A stretch of DNA of 64,000 nt, taken from the NCBI GenBank assembly GCA_040767925.1, contig JAXGNN010000001.1:1486888-1550887 (forward strand), in the 5' to 3' direction. Both the position numbers and the translations under genes were made by a program. The stretch comes from Christensenellales bacterium. Its GTDB lineage: Bacteria > Bacillota > Clostridia > Christensenellales > CAG-138. Below, piece after piece: positions 55,308 through 62,383 of the stretch. The notes under the pieces were generated by a model, which ran no database searches, had not been told where the DNA came from, and saw only the letters and a list, made by a program, of their open reading frames with translations. How positions within the stretch are numbered: the stretch's first letter is position 1; each line of letters begins with the position of its first letter.

Positions 55308-56668
55308 GGTACTGTCAATAGTTTTGCGCAAATAGATATTACCGCCTGGTAAGCGTCGGCTATCCGGCAGAAACGGTGGTATTCTGAAGCTCGTTGAGAG
55401 CCTTCATACACATGTAACGCTTTGTTCCCCAAACCGTGCTGACGACATGCCGGAGTCTGGCGCAAACCAGCATCAGTGCGGAATGCCCATCAGGGAATGT
55501 ACCGACCACCTTTGTCCGTCGGCGGATCTCACGGTTTAAGCGTTCCAGCACATTTGTCGTCCGGAGTTTTGTCCAATGGGTAGACGGGAAATCCATGTAG
55601 GTCAGCGTTTCTGCAATACCCTTTTCTACCTTATCCGCTGCCTCACGGAGCTTCATTTCCCGCAGCTTGGCAGCAACCGCAGCTGCCTTCTCCAGCGCTG
55701 CATCTTTGTCTTCTTGTGCGTGGATTGCTTTGAGCATTGCTGCCACCTGATTCATTTTCCCGCGCGGGACTTTCGAAAATACATTCCGGTAAAAGTGTAC
55801 GACGCAACGCTGATATTTGGCTTCTGGGAAGACGTCGTTTACCGCTTCCAGAAGGCCCAGGCATCGATCACCAATAAACAGCTGTGTCCCATGCAGACCG
55901 CGTTCTTTCAGACCTACGAGGAACGACCGCCAACTTTCCTTATCTTCCTTTATTCCTTCGGCGGTTCCGATCACTTCCCTGTATCCATCCTCATTTACCG
56001 CCATGGCTACCAGAATCGCTACGTTCTCATATTCGCCGCCCCAATTGCGTTTTAGGTAGATTCCATCAAGATATACGTAGGGATATTCATACTGGAGCCT
56101 ACGCGAGCGCCATTCCTCAATATGGCTGTAAACCTTCTTGTTCAGGTTGCTGATCGTTCCGGGAGATACCTTGGTGCCCCACAGTGCTTCGGTGATATCT
56201 TCTACTCTTCGTACTGATACCCCGGCCAAGTACATCTCGATCAGGGCTTCCTCAACCGAGGACTCGCGCCGTTGATATCGTTCAATAATCGCTGTTTCAA
56301 ATGCGACGCCCTTGAGCTTTGGCATTTTAAGCTTCACATCCCCTGACGTCGTCTGAAAGTTTCGCTCGTAATGCCCGGCACGGTAGCCCTGACGATCCTG
56401 TGTCCGTTCATACTTCTCGGCATTGGTCAAGGATTTTGCCTCTTCGTCCAGCAGACCGTTGATCGTCTCTTCCACGCTTGTGCGCACCAAATCCTTTAAT
56501 TCCTGCTTTATCATTCCTTCGTTTAATTGTATAATCTTATCGGTGGACATTGTGTGTTGCCTCCTCTGCAAAGTCTTTGTTTCGCAACTTTTACTTTACC
56601 AGACGGCGGCACACTTGTCCTCCTTTTTTCGTGCCTATTTCAATTTGCGCAACTTATTGTACCTTATC
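55308..56668 (-). mobile_element. IS256-family insertion sequence (1361 bp) with 8-bp target-site duplication TCTTTCAA
   Basis: TSD copies at 55300-55307 and 56669-56676. 26-nt imperfect terminal IRs (GGTACTGTCAATAGTTTTGCGCAAAT / GATAAGGTACAATAAGTTGCGCAAAT). Removing the element restores ...ATVSFNYHIAVDEQ in istA. Confidence 0.9.
55360..56550 (-). CDS. IS256-family (mutator-type) transposase
   Basis: GAGGAGG SD before MSTDKIIQLNEG. YLDGIYLK...VAMAVNEDGYREV...FIGDRCLGL...RCVVHFYRN motifs. Confidence 0.9.
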   Translation of the reverse strand: MSTDKIIQLNEGMIKQELKDLVRTSVEETINGLLDEEAKSLTNAEKYERTQDRQGYRAGHYERNFQTTSGDVKLKMPKLKGVAFETAIIERYQRRESSVEEALIEMYLAGVSVRRVEDITEALWGTKVSPGTISNLNKKVYSHIEEWRSRRLQYEYPYVYLDGIYLKRNWGGEYENVAILVAMAVNEDGYREVIGTAEGIKEDKESWRSFLVGLKERGLHGTQLFIGDRCLGLLEAVNDVFPEAKYQRCVVHFYRNVFSKVPRGKMNQVAAMLKAIHAQEDKDAALEKAAAVAAKLREMKLREAADKVEKGIAETLTYMDFPSTHWTKLRTTNVLERLNREIRRRTKVVGTFPDGHSALMLVCARLRHVVSTVWGTKRYMCMKALNELQNTTVSAG

Positions 56669-56676
56669 TCTTTCAA

Positions 56677-57208
56677 CTACCACATCGCCGTAGATGAGCA
56701 ATACTATTCCGTTCCATATGAATACATCAAGCGTAAGGTCGATGTCCGCGTGACCCGAAATACAGTTGAGGTGTTCTACGACGGCAGCAGGATATGTTCT
56801 CACGTCCGTCTGCATGGCCGTCGCGGTCAATACAGCACGGTGGAAGAACATATGCCGCCTCAGCATCAGCAGTATATACAGTGGAACGGCGAACGCTTCC
56901 GGAAATGGGCTTCTCAGATCGGTTCCAATACCGCCACAGTGGTGGACGCAATTCTTACAGGCTACAAAGTGGAGCAGCAGGGCTACCGAGCCTGTATGGC
57001 GTTGCTAAAGCTTTCCGAGCAGTACACGAAGGAACGGCTGGAAGCAGCCTGTGCCAAGGCTCTTTTCTACACGCCGCGTCCCAGCTACAAATCCATTCAA
57101 ACCATACTGAAGTCCGGTCAGGACAAGAAAACGGATGAACATCCTCAGATTTCCTCCCAATACGGCTTTACTCGCGGCGCCGATTACTACAAGGGAGGGC
57201 AAGACTGA
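56677..57208 (+). pseudogene. istA: istA transposase, 3' part
   Basis: NYHIAVDEQYYSVPYEYIKRKVDVRV... continues the 5' part in frame (998 + 532 nt = 510 codons). Confidence 0.85.
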
Positions 57209-57957
57209 TGCTGAACAATACTACGACCACCAAGCTGCACGAAATGAAGCTGAGCGCAATGGCCACGGCTTTTCGGCATCAGAGTGAAACGGACGGTTTC
57301 AGCGAACTCTCCTTTGAGGAGCGTTTCGGCTTGCTCGTGGATGCGGAGTGGACTTCACGGCGAAACAACCGGCTCACACGCCTGCTCAAAAAAGCCGGTT
57401 TCTCAGAGCCTGGAGCCTGTCTCGAAGACATTGAGTACCACGCCGACAGAAAGCTGGATAAAGCTTTCATCACCCGGCTCGGCTCCTGCAATTACATCGA
57501 CGAGAACCACAATGTCATCATCCTCGGAGCCACCGGCAGCGGTAAAACCTACATCGCCAACGCCTTGGGCGTGACCGCCGGGCGTAACTTCTACCCCGTC
57601 CGCTATGTACGGCTGCCGGATCTGCTCGCCGAGCTGTCCATAGCGAGGGCTGAGGGCAACTACCGCAAGGTCATGAAGGGATACCGGCAGGCCAGACTTT
57701 TGATTCTGGATGAATGGTTGCTCTACCCACTCAAGGACAGTGAGGCCAGAGATTTGCTTGAGCTGACGGAGGCTCGCTACAAAAAAGCCTCGACTATATT
57801 CTGCTCACAATTCGACGTAGGCGGATGGCACCAGAAGATCGGAGAGGCGACCCTTGCCGACGCCATCTGCGACCGCATCGTTCACGACTCCTACCGCATC
57901 GTCATCGGCGGCGAAGATTCCATGCGAAAACGGAAAGGCATTTCCGAGAACGACTGA
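57208..57957 (+). CDS. istB: IstB helper ATPase
   Basis: The ATG overlaps the istA stop. Walker A GATGSGKT. LLILDEW. Confidence 0.9.
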   Translation: MLNNTTTTKLHEMKLSAMATAFRHQSETDGFSELSFEERFGLLVDAEWTSRRNNRLTRLLKKAGFSEPGACLEDIEYHADRKLDKAFITRLGSCNYIDENHNVIILGATGSGKTYIANALGVTAGRNFYPVRYVRLPDLLAELSIARAEGNYRKVMKGYRQARLLILDEWLLYPLKDSEARDLLELTEARYKKASTIFCSQFDVGGWHQKIGEATLADAICDRIVHDSYRIVIGGEDSMRKRKGISEND

Positions 57958-58009
57958 CGTCGCTTGACGCCTGCGGCGGCAACCCTGTCAAATCCCGCCG
58001 CCGCAGGTG

Positions 58010-58831
58010 TCAAATTTCTCCGCCGCAACTGTAAAACACTGCCGCCGCCGGGTGTAAAATGCGGCCGACATATTCAGGTGTTCCAGCATGCTTGTATCCT
58101 TGTTCAGGAAAGAATACCTCTATCACATATTTCCATCCTTCATGAATACAGTTTGGAATTGCCCCTTTTAGCTTTGCAACTGCATATTCTGCCTTAGGCA
58201 CTTCAAGTATATCAAGTCCTAATTTTTTTGCCATTTTTTCGTCCTTTACATCATAAGCAGCCATATAATTTATGACATCCTCATTGCTAACTTCATAACA
58301 TACTCCGAAGCTTTGACCATCTCCAAGACTTTCTAAATCTTCATGCGTATTACTTTGGTATAGCATATCCCAAGTTTCTGGACACTGGCTGTTCTCTATA
58401 CCCTCTGCTTTTATCCCGGCAACCTTGAATGCTTCTTTTTGTTCAATTTTAATATCCATGTTTTTTCCTCCTTGAATAGTTAATGATAATCGAATAGAAG
58501 AGAAGACTTTAAATACTGCTCCATTTCTAACATCGCTAGGTGTATAATTATGAAATTTCTTAAAAGCCAATGTAAAAGCATCTGCAGATTCATATCTATA
58601 TTTGATTGCGATATCAATCACCTTTTCAGTGGTTTCTCTTAAATCCATAGCTGCTTTTGTTAGTTTCCTAAGTCTAATATATTCGCTTAAGGAATAGTCT
58701 GCCAGGATTGAAAAAATTCTACTGAACATTGGATATGAATAACCTGATAAGTGTGCTATTCTTTTTTCGTCTATTTCATCATCTAAAACACTTTCAATGT
58801 ATTCGATTGTTTTATTAAATGCTTGTATCAT
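58010..58831 (-). pseudogene. AraC-type HTH + GyrI-like effector-domain regulator, with its 3' end replaced by IS21 terminal sequence
   Basis: N-terminal AraC HTH (IAHLSGYSYPMFSRIF...YESADAFTLAFKKFHNYTPS), then a GyrI-like domain. From 58070 leftwards the frame reads IS DNA (...TPEY|VGRILHPAAAVFYSCGGEI). Confidence 0.75.
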
Positions 58832-59082
58832 ATCTGTCTCATCCTCCTCTCAAAATTATTATATAACTACAAAGAAATGAATACCCTATAATTGTCGTAC
58901 AAATATAATAGTATATGTTGAATTTTCTTTGTCCTATGTTCCCATCATCTGTTTTATGGGGTATATTCAAAGATATTATAACATCTGTAATTATGGAATA
59001 CAATAAACTCTATTAAGCTAATTAACTGGATTTATTATTATTTTTAGGCAATAAAAAGCAAATTGTTAAGAAGTATTCTTTC

Positions 59083-59565
59083 TTAGATTACTTCAAAATA
59101 TGTTAGTGCATCCTTGATAGCATCAACTTGAATTGGAGTGGGGTGTTTTCGTTGATTCTTTAATATTTCAACTGCGTTAGGAGCATCGTACATTTGTAGA
59201 CCTAAACTACGCTTTACTTCAGCAATATATGCTGAATGGACTTTGAAACTGTATTTTTCATTAATGTATTCATTAATCATTTTGTATGTGGTTCGTGGTT
59301 TTGGCTTGTATGTCTCTGCTCTTTGAGCTATATTATTAAGTATATGTTTATTATGAATGGTGTCGATATCGTCTAAGGGTATCATTCCATACCCATTACC
59401 AAACTCTACAGTTATATTGATGTAGCTGTCGGGTGTCTTGTGGGTCTTTGGGATACACGTTGAGACGGTATGTTTGATGTCAAGGGTCAAAGGAAAATAG
59501 CCGCGAAAGTCCAGTAATACTGCGGTTTTCGGGCAATCGGGCAAATTCGGAATCAGCCAGACCAA
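59083..59565 (-). CDS. Hypothetical protein (160 aa), AT-rich cargo
   Basis: Track ORF only. No motif recognised. Confidence 0.45.
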   Translation of the reverse strand: MVWLIPNLPDCPKTAVLLDFRGYFPLTLDIKHTVSTCIPKTHKTPDSYINITVEFGNGYGMIPLDDIDTIHNKHILNNIAQRAETYKPKPRTTYKMINEYINEKYSFKVHSAYIAEVKRSLGLQMYDAPNAVEILKNQRKHPTPIQVDAIKDALTYFEVI

Positions 59566-59614
59566 ACGCTCTGCGGTAACTTATCCAAGGGCAAATCCGG
59601 TCAAAAAGTGTGAG

Positions 59615-59698
59615 AGTTGAGTTGCCAAGTTAGATGTCAATAAGTTGAGTTGCCGAGTTAGATGTTGGGGAGTTGTGGCTGTGAGATAGATGTCAGGG
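59615..59698 (+). repeat. Three tandem 28-bp direct repeats upstream of the 4Fe-4S gene
   Basis: AGTTGAGTTGCCAAGTTAGATGTCAATA / AGTTGAGTTGCCGAGTTAGATGTTGGGG / AGTTGTGGCTGTGAGATAGATGTCAGGG. Confidence 0.7.
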
Positions 59699-59720
59699 AA
59701 AGTCGAATGGAGGTGATAGA

Positions 59721-60539
59721 TTGAAGAAATATTTGGCACCGCTTTTTATGCTCATAATCTTTGAAGCTGTTGCAATTACATTATGGCTTACAAAGGATAA
59801 TATTTTTTACCTCTTCAATTTCAGCTACATCGGGCTTTCGATATCTTTGGGGATTTTTCTGTTTATAAAAAAATATAAGCACGCAAGACGTATCGTTCAG
59901 TTGCTTGTTGGCTTATATATGCTGATATACCTGGGGCTTATCTGCAATGAGAATATGCAGATCGAGGGATTCTGGTACTACTTATTCACCGGAGTTTTTG
60001 AGGCTGCCACCATTCATTACGCCGTTGCAAAGATTTTCGGGCCACTGTTATTCGGCAGAGGCTGGTGTGGATATGCCTGCTGGACAGCTATGGTCTTGGA
60101 TTTTCTTCCTTACAAGTCTCCATCACAACCAAGAAAGAAGCTCGGATGGATCAGATACATTACATTTACGGTTTCATTGATATTTGTTGCCTCATTGTTC
60201 CTTGCTAAGGTTGGCAATATCGAACGGATTATGTTCTGGGCATTTATTGTCGGCAATCTCGCTTATTATGCTGTGGGCATTGCACTCGCATTTGCGTTTA
60301 AGGATAACCGAGCATTTTGTAAATATATATGTCCCATCACTGTATTTTTGAAGCCAATGAGTTACTTCTCGGTTCTCAGGATAAAATGCGACAAAGACAA
60401 ATGCATCTCATGCGGGAAATGCAAACGAGTATGTCCTATGAATGTAGACGTGACAGATAATTCTCGAAAACGAAAAAATGGAACAGAATGTATTCTATGC
60501 ATGGAATGTGTTAGAAATTGTCCAAAGGATGCACTTTAG
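59721..60539 (+). CDS. Polytopic membrane 4Fe-4S ferredoxin-type protein (NapH/MauN-like)
   Basis: TTG start after GGAGGTG. GRGWCGYACW, CISCGKCKRVCP and CILCMECVRNCP cluster motifs. Confidence 0.75.
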   Translation: MKKYLAPLFMLIIFEAVAITLWLTKDNIFYLFNFSYIGLSISLGIFLFIKKYKHARRIVQLLVGLYMLIYLGLICNENMQIEGFWYYLFTGVFEAATIHYAVAKIFGPLLFGRGWCGYACWTAMVLDFLPYKSPSQPRKKLGWIRYITFTVSLIFVASLFLAKVGNIERIMFWAFIVGNLAYYAVGIALAFAFKDNRAFCKYICPITVFLKPMSYFSVLRIKCDKDKCISCGKCKRVCPMNVDVTDNSRKRKNGTECILCMECVRNCPKDAL

Positions 60540-60624
60540 GACAGGCAAAAGGCTCCCACACTGCCATCATCGGCGGCGGGGAGCGCACTTTACCGGACTC
60601 AACCAGCGGTAGAGTTGCAGGAAA

Positions 60625-60753
60625 TCAACCTACGGTTCTTGTAACTATATCAAAAATCGTAAAGCCAGAATAGTCCTGTATGTCTTTCGGGGTCAGGTCT
60701 TTCAGTTTGACTTTCTTAGCGTAGGCGTCCTTTTTGGAAAGCATTATGCTCAT
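60625..60753 (-). CDS. 42-aa small protein downstream of the sigma-like gene (not in ORF track)
   Basis: AAGGTG SD 6 nt before ATG. MSIMLSKKDAYAKKVKLKDLTPKDIQDYSGFTIFDIVTRTVG. Confidence 0.4.
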   Translation of the reverse strand: MSIMLSKKDAYAKKVKLKDLTPKDIQDYSGFTIFDIVTRTVG

Positions 60754-60793
60754 GTTAACACCTTATTGTGGCTTCTGATGTTGAAGAGAACGA

Positions 60794-60866
60794 ACAGCCG
60801 CGCCGTTTAAGATCGTGTCCGCGTGGCCCTGGTGGGCGCGGCGGCAGGATAAAACGGCGCGGCTGT
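60794..60866. other. Long hairpin: 14-bp perfect GC-rich stem enclosing a 45-nt loop with an inner stem
   Basis: ACAGCCGCGCCGTT (60794-60807) / AACGGCGCGGCTGT (60853-60866). Inner CCGCG...CGCGG. Confidence 0.5.
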
Positions 60867-61298
60867 CCCTTCGTTTTGATTTATTGTGTTTCCTAGCTAA
60901 CCGGACGGACAGGCGGCTTTCCTGCTCTCATAGGCGTTGCACCTCCCCCCCATGCTGATGGCGGGCCGTTCTCATTGCCTGCGACGGTTTTTTCGCGCTC
61001 GGACTGTGACTGAACGGAAGTTTCATTACATACAGATATTTGCCGCAGGGCCGCCACCGTTCGTTGTACGCTGCCCTGCCTGCGGCGCTGATGGTACTCG
61101 CTCCTTTTCCGTTACGCTGAAAAATCACCCTCTCCCGCGTAAAGGAAAGATCATGGCGCACCCGCCGCTCGGCTCCCTGTATGCCGCTACTCGCGGTATG
61201 TTCCCGGTTTGCCGTTTTATTCAGTTATCAAGCTGCGCTTGAGGAAAAACTGCGTCCTCACACGCCTGTTCATTTTCAGGCGCAAAGTAAACGGGCAA

Positions 61299-61721
61299 TT
61301 AAAAATATTTTTTTAAGAACACCTCCATGTGGCGTAAGCCGCGTTCGATGGAAGCGCCAACAGCGGCCTTGCTTATTCCTTCCGTCTTGGCTATGGCGCT
61401 CTTGCTCATGCCTAAAAAGTAGTGGGCATAGATGCGCTTGGCCTGCTTGTCCGGCAAAAAAGCAATCGCAGCGTGGAGCTGTTCCATCGTCACCTTGCGC
61501 TCGTAAATCTCGCAGGGGGACAGGGACACGAACAGGATGTCATGCTCGATGCCGTTGCCCCGGTCAAGGGAATAATAGGCTCGGTGCCGGTATGTGCGCA
61601 GGCGATAGGCTGCCTCTTGCAGCTCAAAGCCGCGCAGCATGGCGGCAACCTCGTCCGGCACGTCGATGAAGCAGTCGGACGTATAAAACGGGTAATAATC
61701 CCGCAGATTGATGGTTTTCAT
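61299..61721 (-). CDS. Sigma-70 region-4-like HTH protein typical of conjugative-transposon regulatory modules
   Basis: MKTINLRDYYPFYTSDCFIDVPDEV... C-terminal LPDKQAKRIYAHYFLGMSKSAIAKTEGISKAAVGASIERGLRHM. Confidence 0.75.
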   Translation of the reverse strand: MKTINLRDYYPFYTSDCFIDVPDEVAAMLRGFELQEAAYRLRTYRHRAYYSLDRGNGIEHDILFVSLSPCEIYERKVTMEQLHAAIAFLPDKQAKRIYAHYFLGMSKSAIAKTEGISKAAVGASIERGLRHMEVFLKKYF

Positions 61722-61728
61722 AGGAAAT

Positions 61729-61769
61729 CCTCCGTTTCGATTTTTGAAGTGGGAAAATCGAAACGGAGG
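61729..61769 (-). promoter_or_regulatory. 15-16 bp perfect hairpin that sequesters the SD of the sigma-like gene
   Basis: The mRNA reads CCTCCGTTTCGATTT-loop-AAATCGAAACGGAGG, then 8 nt, then ATG. The GGAGG SD is the 3' end of the stem. Confidence 0.6.
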
Positions 61770-62256
61770 CGGCGGGGAGCGGCAGCGGACAGCGCGCGGG
61801 GGCTTGTCCGCTATTTGGGCATGGCGAATAAGTCCGGCAATGGCCGGACAATTCGGAAAACGGTGATTTACAAAATGATAGCCGGGTCTACTCGAAAAGG
61901 TAAACCCGGCTGTAAAAACTATCGTATCAAGCGGTTCGCTGCCCGCAGAGTCGCCCGTTGGCGGCTTCTGCCCAGTGTGATTACCATTGAACTTCCGTGC
62001 TGTTTTTACGTTATGTACGTTGTTGGAACGGGCGTGAACCTGCCTGATATTGCATTGCTAATCGCCCATACAATATCCGCTCCATTCAACGCGGCAACGC
62101 CCTGACGCAAGCAGGAAGGCGCTGCTGTGCCGAATTTCCGCTGCCTATGACACCTGTAAAAAACCTTGCTTCCTGTGTGGCTGCAAGCAGCCCCCGCGAA
62201 TTTTGCCTGTCAATTCCGGACGTCCTTTGAAAAACTGGCGGGGATTATGTCGAAGA

Positions 62257-62296
62257 TAAAAAAATCAGGCGGACTTGATATTTCAAGACCGCCTGA
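62257..62296 (-). terminator. Intrinsic terminator of the surface-protein gene
   Basis: - strand TCAGGCGG ...16-nt loop... CCGCCTGA followed by TTTTTTT. Confidence 0.75.
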
Positions 62297-62383
62297 CGGG
62301 TTATTGATTTAGTTTGTATTTTAAACGGCAGGATCGCTCTATAACATGATTTTGTATCATAATCCACCTCCAACCATACACGG

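Larger units (their letters stand above)
54167..58070 (+). mobile_element. IS21-family insertion sequence (istA-istB) carrying a nested IS256-family element; ends approximate (+/- 10 bp at the left)
   Basis: Multiple (A)TTTTACA(C/G) repeats at both termini (54185-54240 and 57990-58070). TG...CA ends. istA/istB gene pair. Confidence 0.75.
13978..62300 (+). mobile_element. Integrative conjugative element with Gram-positive (Tn1549/Tn916-like, VirB4/T4CP/PrgI/Maff2) transfer module plus cargo. Boundaries are approximate and the right end is not determined.
   Basis: Contiguous relaxosome, T4CP, VirB4, VirB6-like, PrgI, hydrolase, sortase, adhesin and ParAB genes at 15.1-44.3 kb. Composition shifts at about 13.7-14.3 kb next to the tRNA-like fragment. 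No integrase was seen in the window. Confidence 0.6.

Noticed and set aside
56423-57208. 261-aa track ORF treated as one gene
   Set aside because: It is chimeric. The first roughly 85 codons are an antisense read through the IS256-like end. Only the part from 56677 onward is genuine istA 3' sequence.
53125-59698. CRISPR array among the short repeat clusters (53125-53198, 59615-59698, also 13775-13848)
   Set aside because: There are only 3-4 units. The repeats are contiguous or only 10-20 nt apart, without spacer-sized unique inserts. They are not palindromic CRISPR-like repeats and no cas genes are present.
61422-62105. 227-aa plus-strand ORF
   Set aside because: It is antisense to the sigma-like gene and then runs through hairpin-rich non-coding DNA. 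It has no SD or motifs.
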